Assembly: GCA_965285935.1 (NCBI GenBank)
Contig: OZ260663.1
Location: 102,238,001 to 102,302,000, forward strand
Origin: Ophelia neglecta
Lineage: Eukaryota
Length of the DNA: 64,000 bases
Direction: 5' to 3'
Below, in pieces: positions 9,197 through 22,150 of the stretch. The notes beneath the pieces are model-generated. The model saw only the letters and a program-made list of their open reading frames with translations, had not been told where the DNA came from and made no database searches. The translations under genes were made by a program, and so were the position numbers. How positions within the stretch are numbered: the stretch's first letter is position 1; each line of letters starts with the position of its first letter.

Positions 9197-10219
9197 GGTG
9201 TACACATATGTATAGTCACCTCATGAAACCAGGATGAAATGTGATGAAAAGATGAGAACTCTGCAAGGGTCCCAACACCTACGTTGACATTCTCGAACGG
9301 TGGGTATTTTACTCTAGTAACCTACAATCGGAGGCCACCTGAGAACTGTTCAACGTGATCAAATTATTCCAGCCTAGAGTTCTAAGGGATCTTAATTATA
9401 CACATTCAATGATGAAATTGAATAGCTGGTGAGTTGATGAATGGAAATGAAATGGATGCGAGCAGGTGAGTACTCAATAATCAAACATGCATGGTAAATA
9501 TATAGCAGTCAAGCATGGCGACGTAATCCTACATATAAGTCAACATGCAAAATTTCAACAAGCAATCACATAAAGGTTCACATTAACAGTAAATTAAATG
9601 AAGTTCTCAATAATTAATCAACATGCAAACAGCGGGATGTGCAATCAACAAGGGAGCTTCAATGATAATTAGGTTTGCATGCAATCAGTTATTACAAGAC
9701 AGGCAAAAATGTTATTCAAATAGGCTTATTCCTTATTTACATTGAAATGCAAGTATTTGTACAGCACTAGGATTATAATTCAACACGATATACAATTATA
9801 AGATATGAACGCATGTGTGGACATCAGTTGAAGTCTTGAAAAAATGTCAATCTATGATTTATGACGACACCGGGGAACAAACAGCCCATATGAGTTCTCA
9901 ATATCTGAAATTGCAATGGCTCGCTGATGGCCGCTCTCCTTGGTGTACGAACATCGGTCGAAAAGTCTAGAACTAGTGCAGACTGAAGATTTATTACGAA
10001 GCCGGGGAACAAAGTTCTTACTCTTTGAACCTCAGTGGGCTCGCTGACGACCGCTCCCCGACGAAGGTAGCCCTCACGGTCCTTTGTACTGGGAGTTCTG
10101 TGGTCGGCGTAATGGTCAGTGGAGCCTAGCGTGATGTAATTCAGCCGTCGCCTTTGTATGAAGTTCAGATTGCCTTCTTAGGGTCACTATTCAGCACACA
10201 TATAACCATGCCAAAGCTG

Positions 10220-10231
10220 CATCGGGCGCCA
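10220..10231 (-). promoter_or_regulatory. Primer binding site (tRNA-Lys type)
   Basis: - strand TGGCGCCCGATG, 3 nt after the LTR end CCTACA. Confidence 0.88.
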
Positions 10232-10234
10232 TTA

Positions 10235-10417
10235 TGTAGGGGATTTGGTTGCTCATTACTGGGAATGAAGACAATTTCCTTTCGTGGGTTTTAATGTTTA
10301 ATATGGCGATGGTTATGCGAATACATGATCAAGCGGACAACGATTAGAAGAGTTGTAGAATCCAGTTTGTTACGGGATTCAGTACTACATAGTACACCAC
10401 TGGGCAGAGCTGTTGTC
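10235..10417 (-). repeat. Partial 5' LTR (R-U5 portion only, 183 bp), - orientation
   Basis: Reverse complement of 2801-2983; the U3-proximal half is absent. Confidence 0.92.
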
Positions 10418-10442
10418 GTAATGAGCAACCAAATCCCCTACA
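10418..10442 (+). repeat. 25-bp U5 terminus in + orientation forming the right integration end
   Basis: GTAATGAGCAACCAAATCCCCTACA is identical to 2959-2983 and is followed by the TSD TGGT. Confidence 0.9.
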
Positions 10443-10450
10443 TGGTGACA

Positions 10451-11306
10451 TGTGATTATATAAGTTTAATATAGATGAAAATGGGTAAGTACAAATGATA
10501 CTTGCAGGTAACCATTCCAACAACAGAACAACAAGGTCAACAAATTACAATACTGCATTACAAAGAATTACACAGATTGACATAAACATTGAAAATAAAG
10601 CACAAATACTGAGTTTACTTCCTGGCAAAAGGCTGAACTTGCGGGTTGCAATGTCAGAGAACGCGAGGCAAATTGAAAAGGTTTGCTGAAGGATGGGAGA
10701 TGAGATGATCAACGTCCAAATATCCTAGTGGAGGTCGGCAGTGACAGGCGTTGGCGTCGGGAAGCATCCGAGGGTACGTAGACGACCAACCGGGTGTCAA
10801 GATGTGGTGGGCGACCGTTAATAAGCCGAGCGGCGTACAGTCACACACTAACAGAAATAAAGTTATCTTCCTAACCTCAGGCCTGCAAGAGGGCAGACAC
10901 TCAATCACACATCGGAAAGTAAATGGATACCATACTTGCAAGATCACATGGCCGTTATGGCAGATGACACAGTGGGGGCAATGGATGTAATGCCCCCAGC
11001 CTACAGTCTCCTGGTAGTGTCCCGCCGATTACAGTATCTCCACCACAGGAATCGCGAGCACTTTCTCCAACCGAGAATAACTCCACTATAGTGCAGGCTC
11101 CACATAGTGGAAACGACTTACAAGTTTGGGTGGAAAGCCTCGGTTCCACATAGTTGACTATTACACACTAATAAGATTTACATGGCAATATTGCAGTGCG
11201 TAACATTGTTTACTGTTCTAACACCACTCACGTGTTTATAAACGTTTCTAAGCACATCGATAGCTAACTCGTTTGTACAATGATTTCATTAATTTATTTC
11301 ATCACA
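10451..11306 (-). repeat. Possible solo LTR-like repeat (second copy at 44225-45059)
   Basis: TGTGAT...ATCACA inverted termini, ATTAAA near the - strand end, GC-richer than the flanks. No TSD, PBS or PPT found. Confidence 0.35.
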
Positions 11307-11315
11307 CCTGGTATT

Positions 11316-11990
11316 CACTAACTTCATGAAACAAGGCATAGCTTACAAACTCCAGAAAATTATTCACTATATTTCCCACGTATTGAATGTACCCTTCAAT
11401 TATGGTACCAACTACAAAAAACGTTTTCTCTCTCTATACCTGTCAGATTGCACAATTAAGAACTGCTACGCATGTGGAAGAAACTGACCTAATTTTTGCG
11501 TGACACCATCATGGTTCACTGATCTTTAATCTAGTTATTTTTGTTTTTGTTTCCTTTTATTTATTTTTTTTCTCAAATTTGTTGGGGGTGGGGTGGGCGA
11601 CCACCACTTACGGCTTCGGCTATTGGTGGCGTCCTGGCTCAAATATATGCTATGCATTTTCATGCAACCGAGGTATTTTTTTCTCTACTTCATGATTCAC
11701 TATATTACGTCTTCTATTATCATGTGCTTGTCATTGAATAACTGTGGATGGTCTGTGCTACAATGTATGATTTTATGTATTTCTTGTTTATAAAGTGTAC
11801 TATTGTGGTCATTGAGCACATGCTCATGCATTAAAAAAACTCATTTTTTTGCATTGTATTATATGCACTAACAAGGCGAAAATATGTACCATATGTATCA
11901 TATATTGGATTTACTACCTGGTTTAGAGTTTGTATTTCTGTATATATGTTTTATTGAAGCCAAATAAATGAATTACTTACTTACTTACTT
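11316..11990 (+). mobile_element. 5'-truncated LINE 3' end with (TTAC)n tail; copy A only
   Basis: Absent from copy B (GGTATTTGCTG at 45336); AATAAA followed by (TTAC)4; ATT duplicated at both junctions. Confidence 0.75.
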
Positions 11991-14900
11991 ATTTGCTGCA
12001 CATTTGCGATCCGTCGACGTCACATAACAAATGACGTCATTTCAAGTCACCATCAAAGGCTACTCACAACACAAAGATCAAAGCTTAATCGGCTACAATG
12101 AAAACTAGGTGTAGATGGAGGAAATGTAGAATAATAATTTGAGGATTTTTTAATATGGGATGATATAATTGATTATGAGCATGTGCACATGTTCAGAGAT
12201 TCAAAAATGGCTGTTCTGAATATAGTCAACAGTGCTCCATGATGCGAGTAGGTGCACAAAACGAAACCATCACAGTTCAACGAAGGTTAGAAATTAAATA
12301 TGCTCTAGGAGAGCTTAAGATGAACTACTAGCCTAATACTGGTGAGATGAACTCTAACTCGTATCATGAACCTCAGGAATACTTTCACTGCAACACCTAT
12401 ACTGTACTGTAGGGATAGGGATACACAAATAATAAAACAATGACATATAATGAGGCAATTTATACCTGCTGCTGTATGTGGGATTTTATTGCAGCAAATG
12501 CAAATTTCAATAACTAAACCGTTATAGTATCTGTTAAGATCTCTTGAGGAAGAGGGTGGGCGGGGGGGGATGGGCCCTTCGGTTCGGTTGACTTGGATGT
12601 CCCTTGGGTGGCGTATATGGCTAAGAGACCCCAGAGTTAATTGGATTAGGGAGGGAGGGGGGGGGGGCAGTCCCATGTTTGACTGGGAGGCTTCGAGCCG
12701 GTTGGGTTTGATAAACTTCACGGTGAACAGGGAGTTGGGGAGGGGGTATGGTGGAGAGGGCGACCCCAATTGTGCGTCAATCTAGTACAGATTAAGAACT
12801 TGACAGGAGATATAGTCTCTTACTAATTCCGATATCGCTCAAAACGTCTCTCGGGGGCGTTCCACAAATGGACATTATATTTATTGATACTGACAACTTT
12901 ATATGTTTATTAAGTCATATCTACCGTTTGGAAAAATATGTTGGATTTCAACTGCTAGCGACCGGCGAAAAAACAAATTTCAAACTAACTCTGTGTCAAC
13001 TTTTCCTGGGAAAAAAATGTTGTTGCGTGAGCACTTTCTGGTGGGTAGGTGTATATTTGCTTTCTTCGTCATTTTTTTTGCCAATTTGACCTTGAGAATA
13101 TAGTTAAAGATCGGCGGCGAAGGTGTCAGCAGGTCCCCTTGTGCCCTTCTAAGCTATTTCTTTCAAAGCCACTATTTGCGTCTCAATTTTCTGAGTCATC
13201 CAACGTTCTTTTAACGCCTTGAAGTACTATTTACTCTGGTGAAATACCAAGTCCTTGCTGTACAGCGAATAGAAGGCAAACACTTTGCAAGCATATCATA
13301 TGATTTCTTTAATAAGGTTTACAGTCTGAATATAGCTATATTGGGTCAATTGTAAGCTATGTATTTGAAAATCTGACTAAAAACACGATGCCGATAGATG
13401 ATCTCCCAAAAGCATACTTGAATTGTAAGGTCCTCATGATCCAGGTATAGCGCATGGTACATGGAAACCACTTAAGTTATATTCAGATGTGAGGGTTGAA
13501 GTGGTTTTGCTTGGGGGGGGGGGGGGGGGGGCAGGGGGGGGGCAGACACTCACTGGTGTTTGAAGACGGTTATAATAGTATATGCAGCCGTTAAGATCTA
13601 AGATTCGGCTATATTTGTTTTTTTTTGTGAGCATGGCGGAGCTATGACAGGTGAGTAAATGGTATAACAAAGAAACCCACTCTCGTCAAAAGCCGTGCTG
13701 TCATCTATAACCGCTCCACACCGGGCATAATGTCAGTGTGAATAAAACTATCTACATTGGACATTTGTATAGGCGGCGTATTAATAGCGCGATTGATTTA
13801 TTGATTAATTGTAGCGTGCATTAAATACTAGTTAATACAGGTTATAGCCGTTAAGATCTATGAGTCGGCTATATATGTTTTAGTGAGCATATTATTGCGC
13901 GATTGATTGATTGTATCGTGCATTAACCACAATTGGAAAAATTAATACATAAGATAAAACCAGCATTACCAGCTTAAACACATACAAATAGTAGAAGCGT
14001 GCATGAAACTGTTTCAGAGCAGGCATCTCCCCCAGTAAGGGCATACATTTACAAGTCTACATTGCCATCGGGTACAGATACAAATGCAGATGACAAGAAG
14101 ACGTGGAAAAAGGAGAGTTTTCAACCCGTGTTTATATGAGCCCTGGCTTTATCTGCATTTTACCTCCACATCCCCATGCAAATGACTAACTCGTATCTGC
14201 ACTGGAGGTGTATGGTAAATCACTAAATATAAATTCCATGGGACATTAATTGAAATACATTTAATAGCAACATTTGACTGCATAAAATTGACAAACAGTG
14301 CTCAAACATACCCACTACCGTGATTTTATAAACGTTAGGCCGCATCCAGCCGTCAACAAATGGCTAGTATCGCCGAGAAAAAGTGCCCTTTGGCGTAATC
14401 CGTTCTTAGCTTTGCAAGCGAAAATAGAAAAGATATTTCATGACAAACGGTTGAACCTTTTTTTCTACTGGGGGCCCTTGACAAACAGCCGGACTTCTGG
14501 TTGTCTTTACATTACTGACGCATGTTCATAGTGGGCTACAATAATAAGGCGCTTTTTTTCCATTGGAAAAATATGATTGTCATTATTGGTTACATTGTTA
14601 CTCTTATTCAAGCCTTTGCAGGGAGACAAATATATATATTTTCTAAACATCCATCCGAATTGGACTTAACTAGTATCAACGGCTTGTTCACTCATTTATT
14701 TTCAAGGAATCCTGGTACAGTCGGGGCCCCTTTAACAACATTGAAATCTCTGTTTTCCATAGGCAAGGGACAAACCTTAATTTTACAATAGTCCTCCATG
14801 ACCGCATCCCTGTATCAGACTGATTTACAACGAACTTATTTGTACCCTCTGCATAGTTTGTACCTTTTTTAAAAAATAATTATATTGTTTCTCTTAGGTG

Positions 14901-16570
14901 TTAAAACACAGCAGTATGTGAAATAAGAGATGTATGGTTTTAATATATGCGCCAACAACTGGTCATGTTCCTTCATCAAAGGTAATATACTTAATCTAAG
15001 CTTCTAGAAAGTTGTCCGACCCCAAGACACAATAATTAGAGTCGTAAAACCAATGTAATATTTCCAAGCTATAGGCCTATTGTAATAAATGTCTTAATCC
15101 CTTGTTAGAAGATAAATACACGAAAAACCTCACATATGTCTAACAAGACCTAGATATATTGTGACGTTTTGACAGGTATTTAGTGGTCATTAAGCATATC
15201 CTAATGGCATGACTACGATGGATAGCTCATATATTCAATCAATTAAATCATTAGTCGGTTATTGCCTAATAATTTTTGCTATCGTAAAACCTAAATACAT
15301 ATTGCTTATATAGGATTATAATTTGTTATAGCCGTCAGCTGGGCATCACTTGTTTGTTTGATTACTCGTGTCTAGTGATTCAAGGGGGGGGGGGGGTATA
15401 GGTGTATCTTACGCATACCATTTTTCTGACCTGCTATCCCGTCGTTATGGGCCAGTGGTTGGCAGGAAATCAGACTTTCTTAATCAGGGAAGTCATATTA
15501 TATTCGAGGTGAACGTGAATCAATCGTTGCTCTCGATTTGTGACAAGGAAATCTAATTTCTCTTCCCTTGTGAAGAACCAAATTTGTTTGATGTGAATTG
15601 TTCAAGGAATATTTCTATTCACACCCTTTACAAACTGTCACAAAGTTAATAATTGATTAATAAGAAACGTAATAAGAGCACTTTAAGGCCACAACAACTG
15701 TGATAACCCCTCCCTCCTCGCCTCCCCAAGCACCCCCCCCCCCCCCCGCCTCCCCCACCAGTGAATAGGCACATATCGTATGCCTTGAACAAACTATATA
15801 CAATATTAAAATTCAACTTACAATGCGACGCAATAGGAAGAATATCCTTAAATTTCGAATATCACTGGACGAGTAGCCTGGTAGAAACAACCATAAATGG
15901 TCAATCCCAAAACGCCTGGTAGAGACTAACTGGTGTTATTAACCTCGAGACGCCTTGGAAATTACAGTGAAAGCTCCTTGGGTCGGTTGGGTAAGGCGTG
16001 TGATTTCGCCTTGAAATGAGGTCACAGATCTATTATTGGGGATATGTACATATCTCTTAATGATAAAGGATTTACACAGCGCTTGGAAACTACGCAGCCA
16101 AGTTTGCTATGTTCAGGGACGGCACTAGAGAGGCCCCATCGGGCCTGTGACCCATTCAGACAGTGCAGTTTTTGGGGACCGCACCCTTCCGACCCACCTG
16201 CCTCTGTGTCTGAAACATGGCTTGTTCCGAATCGCATATGGTCAGGTAGGGTTGGCATCATGAAAACGTCATAAGAACCACCCTGAAACACTGGGACAGA
16301 TTATGCGGCACATTGTGACATGAACACTTGTTTCTACAGAAAACTCCTGTAAATTAGAATACAAAAACAAATAAATGTACTTAAAATAATTACAGTCCTT
16401 AAATGGCTGTAGGTAACGGGCGTTACCTTATGCAAATTGGTCGTCATACAAATGAGGCTCAGCAATGCTATCTGTGTTCAGGTGTACATGGCCAACTAAG
16501 GAACTGGAGATTGTCCGTATTTCTGATAGTTATTGTCGACACAAGTAACTCGCAAACCCGGGTGCGTGAT

Positions 16571-16690
16571 ATAAAGACAAAACACCGGGAACAATCCTGC
16601 CTGCCTTTATCGGGGCTTTACTCAAAGACAGGATGATGCAGGCAGGTTTGTCCTTCGAAAATTCAAAGCTACCCGGTGTTTTGTCTTTAT
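16571..16690. repeat. Small foldback/MITE-like inverted repeat (also 50066-50185)
   Basis: Outer arms ATAAAGACAAAACACCGGG / CCCGGTGTTTTGTCTTTAT; inner arms ACAATCCTGCCTGC / GCAGGCAGGTTTGT. Confidence 0.7.
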
Positions 16691-19600
16691 CGTATAGTTA
16701 TGATAGTACCGTACACTTGGTACACATGTAGACGGACAGGGCATTGTAGGTACAATTACGACTGCAATGTGAGTAAAATTCTTCATGCTAGATAACAATG
16801 CTAAAAGTTAGGGTAATCGTTGCTTATTAGTACATGAACTTGATTTAACCTATATGTTTATCAGCTACTGAACGAGTTTCCACGTCAACTTTACCTCAAC
16901 TGATTTAACCCCCCTGGATATAATAGGAAATCTTGAACATGGTTAATTAGAATTCAATTTAATATTAACCGATATTATGTCTTCAACCCGATTATTATAC
17001 CATCCAAGGTACCTGAAAGGAAAATGAAGTTAGATGTTTTGTTCCTGGTCACCGGTTGGTACAAATTACTCACCTGTACACATGTACCGAGTTCGTTAAA
17101 TTCTGTCTTGACCATTCTCAACTCTCATGGGTTCATATAACGTACACTCGCTTTAGCCTCAAAGAACGATATGCATGCAACCGCCTGGTGCCCGCTCGTT
17201 TCCTATGTTGAAATGATTTTGACCTTCAGTTAGGCGGCTGACCCCTGGGGGACTATCACATCACCACCTCACAAGGTGTGTGTGTGTGCTTTAATTAGCG
17301 GGGAGAGGGTAGTCATGTTTATGTGTGGGTGGCATGTGCACTCCAAACTTAATCACTTAACAGATATATGCTATAGTGGCATTTAATTTAATACAAAGAA
17401 ATTAACCAGTTTAATGCAAGTTTAGACAGATTTAACCACAGTAATAGACCGAAGTAATATGTAGGGGCTCCAAACAAAGCCAATTTCGTTTGTGGCATTT
17501 ATTGCACAGAAATTGTTCTTATCATATGGATCAAGTGAACTGAAGTGGGACGAACTATTGCTATAATTATAAGCAGGGTCCAGAGACAAAAATTTCCGGT
17601 TTGCTGTCACAAAATTCCAAATTATACGCAAAGAAAACAGAAATACCACAAAAGACTTATGAGGCTGTACATTGCAAGGAATAACCTGCTTACATTTGGA
17701 GGCTGAATGAAAAGAAAAATAGTTGATTCCAAGAGACTAACAGAAGAAGTTCCATATATATTGCACCATGAAGTGTATTTAAAGAAAAGTCCCTCAAACC
17801 ACTCATATGAGAAGTCACTTGTTCCATATCCATGTTTTACTTGTATCATTTGGTATACAACTGGAGTGTGTGTATCCAAATGCCTCACCGCTACAACTGG
17901 TGAAGCGAAGTGCACAATAGAATAAAAAATATTATACACACTGTCCAAATTTGAATTTTGGTTCCTCAAACTTAAAAAAGAGATTTTGCTGTTGATGGGC
18001 TCTGAAAAATGGCCTCAATGAGTATCCGTGATATCATGGTTATGACCAAAAAAAAAGATCTGTAAGCATGTACACTTATATCTTTTCAGATGTGTTAAAA
18101 TACTAACAGATCCTTAAACACTTCTGAGCCCTTCTGATTCCTTCTTGAAGCCAAGTTCAGTATACCGGGTAACAATTTATTAGCGACAAATGTCATTGTG
18201 TGTTTATTTTATTAATTAGTGTATAGTACAGACTTCATATACTGGTACAGATTCCCTAATATTACCAGCCACATCCTGTATTGCCCTCTTTGTTGGTAGT
18301 TTAACTTTAACATTCATCTTTTCTCTATAGATACAATCATGCAAATTTCTTCATAATCATACCATATGTTTCTTAGACATAGAGATCTGAGGAGACAGTG
18401 TAGGTATAAGATGTATAGTCTCAGATTACACCCTGTGATCAAATGCTGTGTATTTAAACATGGCTGCACCTTCAGCCAATGGGAGTGTATGCTATGCCCA
18501 CGTGACCAGACATCACGTGGTTGGTGTTGTAAACAACAACAGTTATGTTCCAAATTTATTTGGCTTATTACCCTTGTTACTGATTGACAACATTTCGATA
18601 TTAATGACAATTTGCACTGTCAGACCATGTTGGATGTTAATCGGATAAAATCTTGGCAATAAAATTGTGGGTTCAGTTGGATTGGGAGAGTTCAAAGAGC
18701 TTCTATTCAGAAGAACAAGAGGGGATACGGTGATTCCTGGCCTCTGTGACTAATATAATCCAGTCATATGACACTCAAAGCAACAGTATACTGTCCTGAG
18801 GAACATTAGGAAAACAGAGAGGGATTGACCAGATACTTTAGGCAATGTTGGAAGAAGTAGGGCGGCATTTATTCGCCTACTATTTAAATGAGTTTTTAAT
18901 ATATATATACACACTCATTTCATGCATTTTTAAGCATTTTTAATCAATTCAAAAAACTTAAAGCTTCATACCAAGCAAAAGTCACATATTAAACCAACAG
19001 AAAGAGAAATATAATTGAATAATTAAAACATCCACCCATGTTTGTTCCAAAATATTTTGGGATGGACCCCCCTACTTGGGTGAAAACCAAAGTAGGTTAG
19101 GATGAAAGGTAGTAAAAAGGTAAATATACCATGGTGGCTATCAAAACTTGTTTAACAGATAGAGGATATTGAGACAGTGCTCCTAGGGGATTATCTTAGA
19201 TAAAAGGCCATTTATAGTAGACTTAGCCCTTTTTAAGTGCATGAGAAAAATCAACTACATAAGCCGCCATTTTGTATTTCATATGGAATCAGTCGATACA
19301 AACTCTTTGTGTGGGAAAATCATTCCAAAGCTGTTGTTTTGTGTACCAGGAATGGCACGGAAACCCCTAAGGTTGTCAGAGTCACTCTAGATGTTACAGC
19401 CATTTTTGTCCCAAATTATTTATTCCATGAACCTGGATAACTGTCATCACAACTCCGGAGTACTTTGATGTGTTTTACTTGATTCAATATTGCCATGAGA
19501 GTTGGGAGTTCTTGTGTTAAGATGTATTGATGGCAAATTTACTCGGGCTGGTGATTCATGTGAGTCATATCATATTTGTACTATTCGTTTTCTACAATAT

Positions 19601-20379
19601 GGGTTAATACTGTTCAGCCATGCTCAGCTATTTTGTTCATTTTGGCCATTTTTCCTGCCTTCCTGCTCAGACTGTTCTGGCATTTGATTGGTCTAGAGCA
19701 GTGACCTATAAAGGTCACCCACCAGCAAGACCTGTCACCGATATAGGTCAGCCACCCGACTGCTTGCGAAAGAAATCACACACTGGCCTATGTCGAAAAG
19801 CGACACCAGGGGGCCGTCCTCCCACACCACTCGGCCACCGTGCCTCCCCTGATATAAGGTATAGATTCCTCACCACACAAACTTCTTTCCCGTGGTGGGC
19901 AAAAAGTGGGTGTTTCTACTTGTACCTTCCCTGTCTTGTTTGACAACATCAGTTGGCGATCCCCTCCTACCATATATATATATACCATATATATATCCCC
20001 TAAAATACCTAAGGGAATAACGTTACATGTATATGCTTTCTAGCTACAACGCTTTATTCTTATCTTGGGTGAAAAACATAGCAGAGCACTAACGGTCGAG
20101 GGCGGAGTTATGTAAGATAAATCATAGTTTAAACCATTTAGAATGGCAAAAATCCCGGCTAGGCATCGGTTTTCCTTTTTTCTGACGGCCACCACACCAT
20201 TTAGTCTCTGGGGATGACATAAGCCCTACGGAGAGACGTGTAAATGGAATAGTGTCCGCTTGCAGTTTAAGGTCACAAGTCAGCCAGTGGCGTCCTCACG
20301 CGAGTGACAACAGAACTCTACCAAGTAGTGCGGACATATGTGATATATACTTCATTACGTTATGCTTTATTGTTGTTTG

Positions 20380-22150
20380 ATTTAGACTTGGGATGCAAGT
20401 TAATTTAACCAAACATCACATAAGGTTGTCTTTTAGTACTCCCATAAAGGAGAGGGCTCGTCGCATCTCCCCATCGATGATAGAGGAAGCGAAAGAACAC
20501 TGGAGAGATGCTAGAACTGGGTGCTAGAACTGGGTGGAATCTCCATATTCCTCTGGAGTGTTGCTTGTTCGAAAGAAATCTGGTTAGCTGAGATTCTTTA
20601 TTGATTTCAGAAAATTAAACGCCCGCATTATACGCGATTCCTATGCTCTACCACATATAGTAGAAACCGTCGATTCCTTGCATGGATCCAAGTGGTACAG
20701 CCCCCAGGATCTTAAAAGTGCCTTTTGGCAGATTGAAGTAGCTGAGGAGGATAAGTGTAAGATTGCATTTACCGTAGGCTCCCTCGGTTTCTGGGAATGC
20801 AATCGTATGTCTTATGGCCGTACAGCTTCTGCCACTTTCCAGAGGCTGGTGGAGGACTGTGTGGGTGAACCCTATCTCACTTATTACTTACTCTATTTGG
20901 ACGACATTATCGTGTACAGTAAAACCTTCAGTGAACATTTAGACAGGTTGGAGGCTATTTTTAGTCGTCTACGCCAGGCTGGACTCAATTTAGATCCTAC
21001 TAAATTCTCTTTCTTTTAAAGGTCTGTGAAGTGCCTAGGATGTGTATTTCTGAGGGGGGATTCTCTACTGATTCTCATAAGATAGAGGCTGTCAAATCAT
21101 GACCGATTCCTCAGTCTGTAAAGGATGTTCAGAGTTTTCTGGATTTTGTAGGCTATTACCGCCGTTTCATTCACGGTTTTTCGTCATCAGCTAGACCGCT
21201 TCTCGAGGTTATGGTTGGATCTGTATGGTCGGGGTTAGGAAGGGCCACAAACGCAAGAATTGTGAGCTCCCAAATTTCTTTTGGGGTAGAGCTCAACAAA
21301 AAGCATTTCAGGAACTTACCAAATCATGTACAGAGGCCCCAATCATTTGCTTTTGAACACAACTGCCAGTGATAAGCGTTTAGGTACAGTGCTGTATCTG
21401 GAGCAAGATTGGAAAAGAACTTGTCATCGTGTGTGCTAGCCGCTCCCTGAAATGTGCTGACAGAAATTACCCGGCTCACTAACAGGAGTTTTTGGATCTC
21501 AAATGGGCAGTAACAGACACATTCCATGATTACCTGTATGGTAATACATTCTTCGTAAGAACTGAAAAATACCCTCAGATAGATATTGACTTCAGCTAAA
21601 CTCGATGCTATATGCTAAGCCTTGAACCATCAAAAGGTGGAATTAGGTGGAAAAGGTGGAACATATCTTGGTAATTACAGATCATTTTACTAGGTATTCT
21701 CAGGCAATTCCAACAAAAAATCAAACAGACCATACGACAGCCAAAAACCTGTATAATGTTTTGTCAAACGCTATGGTTTCCCCGCCCGGTTGCATAGTTA
21801 ACAATATCGATCATTTAAATCATAGATCATCAAACAATTGGCATTTTGGTTTAATTCAGATAAGGAAAATACAGCTACGCATCCCCAATTTGTCGATAAA
21901 TTGAAAAAATGACTGGAATATTCCTATGGTATAGCATCAGCTAAGGGTGATCAGTCCCGTCGGAAACAGAATTATAATGTGAAAAGTCGTTCTGCCGCAC
22001 TTGCTGTAGGTGATCGGGTCTTGGTAAGGAATGTGGTTTTAATGGGAAAAAATACAGAGGAGGTATTTCTTGTTATTTCCCATCCTAATCCCAGTATCTG
22101 TTTATGAACTGAGGCAGAAAGATGGCAATGGTCGTACTCGTTCATTAGTT
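20380..22150 (+). pseudogene. Degenerate Gypsy pol relic (RT-RH-IN fragments), copy A
   Basis: DLKSAFWQI, YLDDIIVYSKTF and ILVITDHFTRYSQAIPTKNQT; many stops and frameshifts. Confidence 0.9.

Larger units (their letters stand above)
2634..10442 (-). mobile_element. Ty3/Gypsy LTR retrotransposon, coding-intact, with inverted internal body; present only in copy A
   Basis: Termini TGTGGG...CCTACA with 4-bp TSD TGGT (2630-2633, 10443-10446). Empty site ACATTATGGTGACATG in copy B at 44211. gag and pol lie on the - strand. Confidence 0.97.

Noticed and set aside
9925-9965. CTGATG...GAAA resembling a hammerhead ribozyme core
   Set aside because: The core lacks the required CUGANGA, there are no convincing stems I and III, and it is antisense to the element.
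10495-11149. Cys-rich short ORFs in the LTR-like repeat (also 44319 and 44709)
   Set aside because: Frames are not conserved between the two copies and no domain is recognisable.
13325-13424. TTTACAG|T CTG... segment with L/G/A/L/L spacing reminiscent of an LRR exon (also near 46883)
   Set aside because: Lacks both conserved Asn residues, has several stops and is 100 bp to the next GT; not distinguishable from chance by eye.
13513-13542. Poly-G/poly-C tracts as functional G-quadruplexes (several in the window)
   Set aside because: Length varies between copies and they are typical of MITE interiors and simple repeats; no evidence of function.
14898-14981. 84-bp AG...GT-bounded segment, the same length as an LRR exon
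   Set aside because: Stops in all three frames and no LRR pattern; at most a non-coding or first exon, with no support.
15870-16350. GC-richer segment with short ORFs on both strands
   Set aside because: No recognisable motif and the putative - strand acceptor is deleted in copy B; probably an old repeat.
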